From positions 96,782,001-96,846,000 of the forward strand of contig JANJGN010000007.1 of NCBI GenBank assembly GCA_026770705.1: a stretch of 64,000 bases of DNA, given 5' to 3'. This DNA is from Isurus oxyrinchus (taxonomy: Eukaryota). A program made the translations under genes and the position numbers. Below, in pieces: positions 25,884 through 38,738 of this stretch. The notes under the pieces were generated by a model. It saw only the letters and a program-made list of their open reading frames with translations. It searched no databases and was not told the origin of the DNA. The first letter of the stretch is position 1, and every line of letters starts with the position of its first letter.

Positions 25884-27440
25884 GTAAGCGAAAAATGTAT
25901 CTTAAATTATTCCGTGCGTGATTCTTGACACACGATACCGAGCGTTTGTTTTAAATAAGATGATCATTGAACCTTGATCTTTTGCTTCCCAGTGGCTCTA
26001 GTTTGGGACATATTCAATCAATCCATTTCTTCCATCGTAATCGAAAATTATACTCCACGTCTTACTGCTTATGATGGATAATGATATAAAGGGCACACGG
26101 GAGAGATATCCAACAGATCATTAATCTGATATCACGCGTTTTAAACGATCAGAATCGTTAAGATAACACGGAGTTGTGTTTGAGAATTGAAATGTAATTT
26201 TATTGGTTTTCAATTGACGAAGAAGCTGCTGTAGATCGCGACTTTGCGCCAAAGTATAAAGTGGGTTGTAATGAATTGGAAGCACGTTGACTGGTCTTTT
26301 GATTTATATTTCCATTGAAGTCAATAAAATACAATGAGAAGTGTTGTATAATGGGGCCACTCATTCGCTTCCATCACTTCACACTATTGCTCAACGTCAA
26401 GAGCTAACGGTGCCGAGGGACAAAGCGAATATTCACTCTCGATTCTTTATACACTGCCTAATACTCCCGGCATTCAGTGCAGAAAAGTTATTTCAGAACA
26501 AATAGAATGTCATATAAAAGCAAACGATTATGTATTTTGTATTGGGATACATCCATTATTAATTTGGACAATTGGTGGAAGTTATATTTTCAATGTCTTG
26601 AAGTATAGCATTAACTGGGAACCGCTAGTCAATTGATTGGGCCCCAGTGAAACTTTATCACTTACAGCTTGATTTCGCTGAACACGTGATGGCGGTGCAT
26701 GACAGGTCTTGCCCTTGCAAGTCGGGGAACAACTTCTAGCCCACGGACATGAACAATTAACCAAGGGAATCAGGAATTTGTTCTCGCAGCGGGCTGTTCC
26801 TCCAAAGGTTTTAGTGTCGCAGTAGCTCTCCGAGATGCTCAGCACTGAAGTATGTGGAAGAGTGTTAATGTGTTATACTTAACTGAAAGTTACGTAGTAA
26901 AGTCACGCTAATAAAATCAGGGTTTGAGGATTCCAGTGTAAGGACTCTGCTTTTGATATGATGAATTTTAACAAACAATCTCTTTTGGACAGAAAAGTAT
27001 AGTCGTTGAAGCTTTTCTTCAGGTTTTAATTATTGTTAAACAAAACAATACAAATCTTCTTATTTTCTTTTTCTGTCTGTGACATCACTTTTCCTTAATG
27101 CTATATTTCTTTACTTATTATATTGCTTCCAGAGCCTGACTGAATTTTGAAATAATTGCTAAAACAAACATTTGCTGGCTTAGGTTCGACATTATTCACT
27201 TTTTTATTTAACCTTATTCATTCGACTGATGCGCAGTGGAATGTCCTCTTCATCCAGTTTCCTGTTACCCTGCAGAGGTTGCAATACAAAATACCTTTCT
27301 AATCACAGCATAGTCCAATGCAAAATGCTATGGAGAGTTCATGGGCATGTACAAGTTTAATGACTAGACGAAACTTTTCTTTGACTGCACAGAACAGCAT
27401 CCGATCATTGCGACACGCCTGTCTCTGATTTATTTTGCAG

Positions 27441-27740
27441 TTCCTCCAATTCCGTTAAGCATCAAGTCCGAATCATCTGCGAATAATGTATTGGAAACTT
27501 TAACTATTTTGTGTAAAACGGCTGCTTTTTACCCGGATAGTATCAACGTAACTTGGTACAAGGATAACGTTTCTATCGAAACGGGGATACAGTCGACAAA
27601 AGACCTAAATTCAAACGGGCTTTATGAACTTTCCAGCTATTTGGAAGTCACAGGAGCTGTCACTTCTGTAACCTGTCAGGTAACTCATCGCACGCTAATG
27701 ATTCCAGTTAACGCCACCTTCACTGTCCCAAATTGGAAAG
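27441..27740 (+). CDS. C1-set Ig domain exon
   Basis: Acceptor tattttgcAG. (V)PPIPLSIKSESSANNVLETLTILCKTAAFYPDSINVTWYKD...NGLYELSSYLEV...VTCQVTHRTLMIPVNATFTVPNWK has the C1 hallmarks CxxxxFYPxxIxVxW and CxVxH. Donor G|GTGAG, phase 1. Confidence 0.95.
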
Positions 27741-29410
27741 GTGAGCCAAATAATGGAGCAATCAAGTGTTTTAAGATTTTTTTTTTTGCAGATTATTAAG
27801 AAGATGCGATTTTACGATGCAACGAAATTTAAATTAATGCCCTTGCTAATAAAACCCTTCAGAGTTTTCGTCCACTTCCTTAACATTCAACTGTTGGTCA
27901 ACATCCTCTCCAAAATGACACATTTCAAATCTACACAAGAATCTTGGGGTTGGAGCATGCAATAAACCCATTATTATTCCCTATAAGCCCAGCTAGCTAG
28001 AACTGTGGAGTTTTGGTTTTAAGTTATATCCTATTATCTCTCGAAAGAACTTTTGAAAACCGCTCTCCTTCATAGACAATGTTTTGCCTGCACCAAAGTT
28101 ACAAGTCCCAGGAAATAACCCATTATCTAAATGTTCATGAAGCCATGGAAAACAGGCTTTTCATGCAAACCGTTGAATTTGTTTTATCCACAGCTGCTGT
28201 CACCAATTATGACGTCCTCCCTTAATGTTCTCGAATTGTCTGAACAGTAGGCTTAATTAAGGGTTTTATTTGTATATCATTGTTAATAGTCACTTAACCT
28301 ATGTTTCTCTTCTAACCACGAATGATCTGCCACAACCATTTATTGTTTCTTTATGTAAACATTTATTGCCAATTATACTCAGAATACACAAATATAGGAA
28401 GTCATTTTTTTTCTGGCATGTTGCCTCAAAGCTGTCTTTTTCACATTGGAATGTGAGTTCATATAAGAAGCAAGGGCGTTTATTATTGTCCCTTAAGTCA
28501 ACAAGGTCACCACTATATCATTATTTTTGGATGTTAAGTAAATTAATCAGCCCAGTCTCCCACTTAATATTCCATCATTCTGCAATGTAGCAGGCAATTC
28601 CTCTGCTTCATGAACAGGGATAGATAATTAACTGAATAGTATTCTTCACCCGGAAATTATTTTGGCAATTCACTTTCCAGACCTAATTTCCCTTCATCCG
28701 AATAAAAGTCGTGAAAATCTCCAACTTGACCCATACCCTGAAAATAAGATAAGCATGGAATACCTCCACAAATTACCTTTTACGATGGATGTATTAATTG
28801 TACACAATAAGGTAAAATCAGTTAATTCCAACAAGTCTATTGAGACCTTGATTCTAAGCACTTTCGATTCTTTTCCCATACGAAATTAGGCACTCTGCTG
28901 CTGTATTTCCCAAGTTAAACTGGATCACATCTTATTTGAGAGAAAATAAGCAAGTATTCCATGTTGAAAAAACTGAATTTGCAATTAGGCAACGAGCAAA
29001 TAGATCCACTGCTACACAGTGATGTAATCAAAGGGAATGTTTCCTCTAGAACACTATTACATTCTTTTTGGATCTACTGAGCCTGGTAAATCACGGAGCA
29101 TAGATCAGTTTCTGTGATCTATTTGGTGACACAATGAGGAGTGGTTTCTCACGATGCACCCTTCAACCCACATATGTTAGCAGAGTTCTTCTACTTTCTG
29201 TATAATGGGAATGATCCACAGAACAGTAATAATTAGTTAATTATTGGTTCAAAAACCATGTTCGGAATGTCTGGCCTGTTGTAAGTAATAATTAAGGGTC
29301 AATTTATTTCAATTCTATTGCTGAATCCTAAATCTGTTTGTTTCTTATAATTGTATTTATTGCATACCACCTATAATAAATCGATGGTTCTTGCATATTC
29401 TATGTTTTAG

Positions 29411-29518
29411 TTCGCAGGTTCCAAGTTTCTCTGACTCATCGGTTTATATTAGGTTTCCTCGTGATTCTCATTCTGACAATTATCATTGTGGAACATTTGA
29501 AACGGCGCCCTTTTAAAG
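29411..29518 (+). CDS. Transmembrane exon with N-terminal Arg
   Basis: Acceptor tatgttttAG. Phase-1 reading (V)RRFQVSLTHRFILGFLVILILTIIIVEHLKRRPFK. Donor AG|GTAAG. Hydrophobic run followed by basic stop-transfer residues. Confidence 0.85.
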
Positions 29519-30158
29519 GTAAGACAAGGTATTCGCCATTCAACTGAACTCACTGGGCTACAGCTTGCATGCAGCAAATGTCATATTGCCTGAGGCGCTA
29601 ACGGTAGACAACAACAATAATTCTCAAAATTAGAAATAAAATTGTTGTTTAGTACATTTAAATACATCTAACATTGTGCCCGGAGGCATTAGATTTATTA
29701 CAGTAAACCCTGGGTGTTCACTTCCTCCCTTTATCCCAGAGCGTTTGATAGTGAGATACATCTACCTTTCCTTTCTTTGTTACAATTTGTCCAAGAAACA
29801 GTCCTTTTTGCGATGGTGTTGCATAATGATATAAAACACAGGTCCTTTAAAGTTCTATTTCATGCAATCATCCTCATAGATTGTTTATGGCTAGTCATTA
29901 AAGTGGAAGGTTCCACGCAAAATTTGGTTCAACAATACAGACTCTCAGCTTATCTCAAAGAAGGAATTACTACTAAATGCGAAGCATTTCTCAAAACATG
30001 ATAGTAGAATAGACATTTTAATAAATAGTGGTGAGCAGCAATGTCGAAATATGTGATAAGTGAAAATCACTGTTTGTTTCCAAATTTCCGGGAAATCTTT
30101 TTAAGGCAATCATCCAGTTAAACACTTTACAAGTTTCATTCAGCTTCAAGCCTTTCAG

Positions 30159-30793
30159 GGCTTGGCCTAAATAGCCAAGTGGTTATGGTACTGGGTTTGT
30201 AACCCCAAGATCAAGAGCTCAAATCTCACCATGGCAAATTATGAAACAATGTATTTTCATCTGAATAGGAACAGATGGAAATGCGTTTGTACTTGAAAGA
30301 GTTACTTTATGGGGACCCGGTGTGGAAGGGTGTCGGGAAGGAGGAGGACCTCCTCGTGAACCTGCTCCTGGGCCTGGCCAAGTTGGCCGTTAAAAGGTCC
30401 GGGTAGCGGGCGATCGACGGAGGAGTCCCGCCCGATTGTTTGTCCCTCTTCCGCGGCTACGTTCGCTGCCGGATGTCCCTGGAGAGGGAGCACGCGGTGT
30501 CTGCTGGCACTCTCGAGGCCTTCCGTGCTCGGTGGGCACCGCGGGGACTGGGGTGTTTTGTTGACCCCTTTAATCACATTTTGATTTAAAGTTTGTAAGT
30601 TTCCTTTAAACTTTGTTCTTGGTTTTACAGCTGACCTGAATTAGGGGCTGTGCCTGATTTATCCCGATTTTGTTGATTTGGTTTTCATTTAAAAGATTAT
30701 CAAGAGTTCAAATCTCACAATGGCAAACTATGAAACAATGTAACTTCATCTGAAACAGAGGGAAACGGGTTTGTACTCGAAAGAAATCAAGAG
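30159..30793 (+). mobile_element. Composite tRNA-derived SINE plus Tx1/L1 3' fragment with 14-bp TSD
   Basis: tRNA-like head (A box TAGCCAAGTGG, TGT anticodon loop, B box GAG(C/T)TCAAATC). Internal 30306-30590 encodes EEDLLVNLLLGLAKLAV...LFRGYVRCRMSLEREHAVSAGTLEAFRARWAP (Tx1-type ORF2 end). TSD ttcaagcctttcag at 30145-30158 and 30794-30807. Confidence 0.8.
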
Positions 30794-31102
30794 TTCAAGC
30801 CTTTCAGCCAAGAACATATGCGTTACTGCCTAATCAGGAAAACACGTATTTTGCGACGTGGTATGCGTGCTTTGCTCAGCCAAATAAAGAAAGGAGCCGA
30901 GAACAATTCTTTCATCTTCCCGTGTTTGTACCGCTGCTGATGTAACTTCGCAATTTAAATCCATCAACATATTGTACGCATCAAGTACAGCTCTGGCCTC
31001 GATGTAACTAAAGTTCAGCTATTTCCTACTAACTGCAAAACTTGTAGATCTTAATTTATTTTAACCATATGTATTGACATCAACTGCTCTTTCTTTATAT
31101 AG

Positions 31103-31107
31103 CCTAA
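31103..31107 (+). CDS. Probable terminal coding exon (Ala-stop), followed by 3'UTR with AATAAA at 31410
   Basis: Polypyrimidine acceptor ctgctctttctttatatAG|CCTAA. Phase-1 join gives ...RRPFKA*. Other acceptors are not excluded. Confidence 0.45.
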
Positions 31108-33599
31108 TATTATGCACATGAAAAGTTAGAACGGATTATACAGCGGAAGCATACCTTCGCAAAAAAAGAAAACGACATTGTGTTGATAAATGCCGACGCA
31201 AATGTGTAGGATTTAGTGACAGATAATGCGAAAGTTAGCCATAAAAACGATGTTAGGCACAGAAAAGGCAACAGCTGTAGTAGTGGTTAAAACAAAAGTC
31301 AAACCAATAGAAGGGTTTTAACTTCCCCATGTTTTCGTTGATTTAGATCTTTTTCAGAAGTAAGTGTTGCATTGACTGGTAAAGCTGGAAATATAATTTC
31401 CTACTGAAGAATAAATGCCAAGAATGAAATATTTGCGTTGCCACCAGGGAAAAATGCAACTAATCTGAAAACAGATTCCACATAAAATGAAATTGTCTAT
31501 ATCGTTGGATGGAGTGGTAACGGTTATTATATTGTTGTTCATCCGAAGCTCCATTTGATGTGTTCTTTGGGAATACTCCAATGCCGTCCTGTTCACGGGT
31601 ACGTTGAGCAAGAGAAGTCCACTGAGCGAAACTGACATCCCTGTCAGTCTTTCATATTGCACAACATATTGCACAAAATACTTAGTGTTTTAGCTGTTAT
31701 TTTTTTCGGACATTAGTATCTAATTCATGAGCGTGACTAAAATAATGTTTACCTGGTGTTAATTTTAACTTGTTTCCACGGGATATCGGCAATATTATTA
31801 CTCCGTGAACATTTTCAGCAACACACAATGTTGCTTTATGAAATAATTGTCAATGTAAACTTTGTTTTTTTTTTCATCGACGTGATTACATTCTTGGAAA
31901 ATGTGTTTTTGTTTTACATAATTACACCATGAATTAACTTAAATTGCTAATGATTCAATGTACCCAACATGTTCTAGCAGCGTGGTTCAAAGTAGCGTAA
32001 GGTTACAACTTTCAGAATACCTTTCCTTCCAATATTTCCATCTCCCAAAACTTAGCAAACTTTTATGCTCTCAATTGAATTGCTTTAAACTAACATTGAA
32101 AAAAGGTTGATTTGTAAGGTATCATGTTCTGTTAAACTTGAAACTTCACAAATACTTTGAACTATATTATTGAAGATGCATTCGTTATGATATCGGTTTT
32201 GAGACTGAATAAAATATTGAGGACAACATTGTCTACTTCAAAATGGTTTCCTTTTAGGTAATGAACCGGTAGTAAAATACTTCGCATTAATGGCAAAGGT
32301 AACTGGTGGTGATTTTAAAACATGAAGCAAAATTCTATCAGATTTGCTAACTCCAGTGCAGTTCTGAGAATTATCTGTAGTTAGAATGCCACAATACTCT
32401 CCGCCAAAGCATGGGAACCGCTTTGACATATCCTTGAGAATTCATGGATCAAGCATCAGACTGAACTGAAAGTCGTTGCCTATAGCGAACACGCTGCTTG
32501 GAAAAGACATGTCCCCCGAAGTATGCCGAAGTTCTGTAAAGCATGAATCACCAGGAGTAAGGTATATTCTCATATAGGTAGTGGATTCCACCCCTCAATG
32601 TGTAATCAGCAGTATACTTACATGTTCCACTTTGATCACACATGCTTCTCTGTAAATCTAATTTCAAATGCGGGTTATTTCAGAAATAATCTCCACTCTT
32701 TTGAATTGACGAGAATAGAATGCCGAATCTCCATTCAACGTGCTCTCCCTTCGCTTTCATTGCGAAGAGCTCTGATTAGAATTTGCAACACGTTATATGC
32801 AAAATGGAACTCGCAATGGTTTAGGCAGGAAATCTCCAGGACCACAACAAAGAGCAGGAATTTTACGTCATTGAAATGAATGGTTGATTATATCAAATCT
32901 GAAGTGGGATGATAGTAACATTTTAGAAGTGCGTAATTATTTACCTGCCATATACAATACCATGAATAACACTGAGCAGGGAATAAAGAAACATCAAGCA
33001 TTTAAGTGTTTGCCGGAGAAACCATCAAAGTAGTAGGGAATGTAGCCTATAAGGATAACGTGGGAGAAAAGATGCAACAATGAGTGACAAGCGGCCAGAC
33101 AGGGATGACAGAGGTATTAGGAAAGGATAGTGATAGATCTGCATGCATGCTGAGGCAGATACCTGGGTTCGCTCTGTTTTCGAGACCAAATTGTTCAGTT
33201 GTTACTAGAACGCACTGAAATTGGGAAAAAGGCAGAAAAAAGGAAGATAACTGGAGGAAGAAATCAGCCACTAGGAGGTGTATTCTGGACGTCCTTAGGT
33301 TCCACGATGATCATGAACTTCTTGCCACCTACTTAGAATGATGAAGTCCCGGATTTGCCACGAATTGTTTAGAATTGCATAGAACCTCCTAAACAGAAAT
33401 TTGCAATCCAGAAAATCTCCATGTTTATGCTCCACATGAGGCTACTTGATCTATCTCTATCAAGCTGTACCAGCAAGCAATTTTCGTTTTTTTGTTTTCG
33501 CGCAAGTGTACAATTGTGTGCATGTTACTTAAGTATATATTATGCTGCATCCCTATTAACCACTATTTCCTGTAACGTATGCATAATTATCAAATTGGA

Positions 33600-34250
33600 G
33601 AATAGTCTAGCACAGAAAGATACCTTTCAATCCAAATGTCCATTCTGAATCGCTGAAAAATCTGACCACGTAGAGTGACGCCGTCCATTTACCACATTTT
33701 GCCATGAAACACCTTATGCATCTCCACAACTGTGATTTGAATGATACCACGAACTTCTATTTGTCAAATAATTCTGGTATGTGGTGGATATCAAATGCCT
33801 TTTACATGTCCATTTATCTAATGAACTATCTTTAACAACGCTCTTTTGCTTAAACAAATAAGTCAATCAGGTTTCACAGGAAACATTTGACTTTAACAAA
33901 CTAATTCTGGTCGTGGCATATAAACTCATGTCTTTCCTATGTAAGACTGAAAGCTTTCCTTGACTATCATCTCCAGCAATATTCCCATCACTGATGGACT
34001 AGTAGAATTTCCCAGTTTCACTCTCGTCCCTAGTTTGCAACCCCCCATTTCTCGGACACAACCTATAAGAGCAAGGAAGATTTAAAGATGGTTATTGGAG
34101 CTGCGACTATCTCCAGCCTAGCTTCCTTCAAAAACATGGGATGACTTCCATCGTTGATAGAGGACTAGTTAATTTTGCTATTTGGCACCTATTTTTTGCT
34201 TATGCGTATCCTTTCCAAGATTGGATTTTATATTTCTACACTACATGCTC
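33600..34250 (-). mobile_element. Old CR1 RT fragment
   Basis: Degenerate reverse-strand CR1 ORF2 pattern (tcaaatgccttttacatgtcca; tcaatcaggtttc...). Confidence 0.45.
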
Positions 34251-34784
34251 ACCATTTATTCTAGAATTCAATAATGTTGATAAGCAATAAGTACCTGGTG
34301 CCACAGACTCAGAGAGCATAATATAATTAAATGTAAAATTCAAAATGAGGCCCTGCCAGTGCAGTAGGACGACCAGAAATATGTTACAGTTCCTAAGTCG
34401 GGATAAAGGGCCTCACAAAGTTGGGAAGGATTTAAGTCTGCCCTGAGAACATAAGAATCAATTTTGCACGACCATTCCGGGCATTGAAGTATTCTGACAT
34501 TTAGGATTCATTTTCGAAATGCGTGAGTTAAATTATCCCTGAGGCAGCAGCTTCCAAATCCATCGTTTGGCATTGTGGTGTGATGCATTAATTGCCATTT
34601 ACATGAAAAGGTGTCTGTGCCATCAGAGCGAGGAGCGAAGCATTCTAGAAGGAGTGAATCTGTCCTCAGGTTCAGTGAGGCCACACTTGGTACCCCCCTT
34701 CATACAGCATGTGATCAATATGAGCAGCTCCTGCTGAGTGCTGGGGAAAAGGGGACCAAGGGTTCACAAACTCCTTCTGTAGCA

Positions 34785-35670
34785 GAAACAATAAGTAAAA
34801 TAGGAAAGGTGGCCAAACCATGGCTTACAAGGGAAATTAGAGATAGTAGTATATGCAAGGAAGAGGCATACAAATTGGCCAGAAAAAAACAACAGACCTG
34901 AGGATTGGAAGCAGTTTAGAATTCAGCAAAAGAGGACCAAGGGATTGATTAAGGAGAAAATAGAATACAAGAGTAAGGTTGCAGGGAACATAAAAACTGA
35001 CTGTAAAAATTTTCATGGGCAGGTGAAGAGAAAATAAATTGGTGGAGAAAAATGTAGGTCGCTTAACATCCGAAATAGGGGAACTTATCATGGGGAACAT
35101 AGAAATGGCTGACCAACTAAATACATGCTTTAGTTCTGTCTTCACAAAGGAGGACACTAACAGCATACCAGAAATGTTGCATAATACAGGGTTTATTGAG
35201 AGGGAGGAAATGAAATAAATCAGTATTAGTAGGGAAATGGTGTTGGGGAAATTGATGGAATGGAAGGCCGATAAGTCCCCAGGGCCTGGTAATCTACATC
35301 CCAGAGTACTGAAGGGCGTGGTCCTAGAAACAATGGATGCATTGGTGGTCATCTTCCAAGATCTTATAGACACTGGAACAGTGCCTACAGACTGGAGAGG
35401 AGCTAATGTAACCCCACTCTTTAAAAAGGGAGGCAGAGCGAAGGCAGGGAATTATAAACCATTCAGCCTGACGTTGGTAGTGGGGAAACCTCTAGAGTCC
35501 AATGTAAAAGATTTAATAGCTGAGCAGGTAGAAAACAATTGCAGAATTGGACAGAGTCAGCATGGATTTATGAAAGGGGAATCATGCTTGACAAATCTAC
35601 TGGTATTTTTCGAGGATGTAACTACCCTTAGTTGATGAGGGGAGCCAGGGGATGCAGTTTATTTGGACTT
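34785..35670 (+). mobile_element. CR1 LINE ORF2 internal fragment, relatively well preserved
   Basis: KPWLTREIRDS..KEEAYKLARK and KADKSPGPGNLHPRVLK...VPTDWRGANVTPLFKKG...SQHGFMKGESCLTNLL. Breaks at YLDF against the ERV env. Confidence 0.95.
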
Positions 35671-38268
35671 TCCTTAATCTGTCTTAAATTCTCTCGGGCA
35701 TGTTCCAGTGCCCAAGATCCATTGGTGCTCCTTTCGTCTGAAATATTTTCCCCTATTTCACTCAATTTGTCGATAGTCCCCACATGACTTTCGGGTACGG
35801 TAGCCAGGCTTTGGATTAACCGTGTCATGTCATGTTCTGTATTTAATTGGGTGTTATGAATTCCCTGTCCTCGTTCTAGAATCTCCTTAAGCTTAAAGCT
35901 CAGGGTACAGTTGCTAGGTCGATGAAATTAACTACTGATGTCTCTTTATTGAATAACATGACAGTGTCATTTATCAGGTTGCGCTCGACGTGGTTCCCTC
36001 ACAAGCCTGGTCACATCTCACTGTTGAACTGAGATGCTTCAGTCATCAATTGGCCTATTCGAGCCGCATATAGTGCTCGAATATGGGTCGAGCAATACTG
36101 GGACGGTGCAATTCCGATATGTTCAAGAATACGGGTACCATTATCATACAAAACTTTCTAATTAACCAGTACCAAACCATTCATCGGTCCTGGATGCATA
36201 GTCGGACAAGGTGGGTCAGTCGGTGTGGTTTTAGGGGTTTTAATTTTCTGTACTTGGACTGTGGAAATAGATATCAAACGTGGCTGGATAGTGGCGGACC
36301 TCCCACGCCTGATCTGAAGCAAACCCTTACTACAATTCAGAAGAATTTGTTTCCCTATTGTTACATTTATCATTTCCCGTTACTTGTCGCATTTGGCACT
36401 GTCGATGCTGTGCCAAAGTTCCTCCTGCCGTGCGGGAAGAGCAGTGATGATACCCGACCTTGTTGCCAGTACTGATATGCACACAACCAGGATCGTAGAT
36501 CTGTGGAGACATTAACAACGGCTCCCGTTCTCTGGGTTACTGCTTGGTCAATTGTCATGTATCTTTAACCGTGTGTATTGCCTTCATTTATTTCCCGTTC
36601 TCATATCTACAAGTGCTCATGTATCACTTGTCATAATTAACTCATATGGTCCATGCCTGTTCGCTCCAGGCTCACATTGACCATCACCTTATTCCCCACT
36701 TGGTCCATTGTTGCTCTTTGGATTTGCCTGTTTCCATAACCTTAATCATCTGTCGGTCTGTGACTTCCTTCCTTAACTCATGCAATCATTTACTTATTTC
36801 CCTCACATGGTCTAGCATCCTTCCTTTTAGTGGTCCTTCATCTCCCACTCCCCATATAATTCCCTCGGGTTACTGCATTGCTGTCCTTGTCATTATTTCA
36901 AATGGAGTGAACCCGGCGGTCCTATTTGGGGTAGCTCCTTAGGTGCCTTTGACTATTGGACTGTTCCCTGTCTCTTGAATTGCTTTTGTGATTGATGATT
37001 TTTTTTAAAGTTCAGTTCATCCTTTGCACCATCCCCGAACGCAATGGCCGATAGGACATATGGAATTTGTGCTTTTATGTAAATTTACACATTTATTCCT
37101 GTGAAATGAGTTCTCTGATCTGAATCCATCTGGCTAGGCACCCCCACTCCTTCCAGTTTACTTTCTCCTGCTGCTGTCTCATATCAGACCTCAATGCCTT
37201 AAACAACTCTACAATGCACCTTCTGATCTTATTTTTCAATGGCTTACTATCTTCACTTCCTGTGGCAGTTCTCTCTGGAAGCCACTTAAATCTGCCTGTC
37301 ATTAAGGTGTTGATCCTGTGGTTTAACTCTTTGTAGCTCGCATGCATATTAATACAATCAGTATTAATACATCTATTCAGTCTTTTTTCAGCTTTCCCTT
37401 TACCTATATCCATCTTATGGTAAATTGTTGTTAAGCATTATTTCTCCTTACATTTCAATTCCTGAACTACAAATTCCACCTAGTTTTACCTTTAAGTTTT
37501 TTTTCCCTGCCCATGATCATCCTAAGATTCTCTTGATTTCAGTTTCTCTATTGTCTTTATTGTTTATAATGTTTCCTTGTTCTTTAGGCCCTATTAACTA
37601 TTCCGCGTCTATGAGGATCTCTGTCTCTAGATCATTGTTATCTCCCCCTGTGCATTTCCAATCTCTCAGTCAATGGCCAGATTATCAAATTCACTTCCCT
37701 TAAAACAGTTTGTACATTATGTCCTCTTTCCCTAACTCCTTCTCCTACTTTCCACATGCCATCTTACACATGCAACAGCTACCATCTTATCTTGTCTGGA
37801 GAGATTTTGCAGTCCAATAACATATTCTCATAAGTGTTAAAACAGAAATCAAGCATTGACATGTTTTGCTTCCTTATCTTATTCTCAAACAACATCTTAT
37901 TTTCGAACTAAATTATTTCTGACCTTCTTTTGTATTATCCTAGATTCGTTAGCTCGGCCAAAAATTGGATTTCTGCCTAACTTTGTCAGGGTCTTGTGCT
38001 TAACTTCATAGTTTTGGAACAGACTTTACAAATACATCAGCTTGCAGCATTTGATTAGTGCCAATTGTTGTCAAACCTTTTAAAATGAAATAAAAACAAA
38101 AAAACTGAGGATACTGGAAATCCAAAACAAAAACAGAATTACCTGGAAAAACCCAGCAGGTCTGGCAGCATCGGCAGAGAAGAAAAGAGTTGAAGTTTCG
38201 GGTCCTCATGATCCTTCGACAGAATTTGAGTTTGAGTCCAAGAAAGAGTTGAAATATAAGCTGGTTTA

Positions 38269-38270
<2 letters not shown>

Positions 38271-38325
<55 letters not shown>

Positions 38326-38355
38326 GGGGGGAGCGTGCAGAGAGAGAGAGAGAGA
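38271..38355. repeat. Compound microsatellite (GT)n-(G)n-(AG)n
   Basis: Directly visible inside the inverted pLTR. Confidence 0.95.
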
Positions 38356-38738
38356 AGTGGAGGAGGGGGGGGGTAGTGGTTGTAGGGACAAACAAGCAGT
38401 GATAGAAGCAAATCATCAAAAGATGTCAACAACAATAGATCAAAAGAACACATAGGTGTTAAAGTTGGTGATATTATCTAAATGAATGTGCTAATTAAGA
38501 ATGGATGCCAGGGCACTCAAGGTATAGCTCTAGTGGGGGTGGGGAGAGCATAAAAGCTTTTAAGATATTTAAAAATAATGGAAATAGGTGGGAAAAGAAA
38601 AATCTATATAATTTATTGGAAAAAAAAGGAAGGGGGGAAAAGAAAGGGGGTGAGGATGGGGGAGGGAGTTCACGACCTAAAGTTGTTGAAATCAATATTC
38701 AGTCCGGAAAGTTGTAAAGTGCCTAGTCGGAAGATGAC

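Noticed and set aside
30164-30240. Functional tRNA-Thr(TGT) gene
   Set aside because: Acceptor and anticodon stems pair poorly, and the sequence is the head of a TSD-bounded SINE-like insertion.
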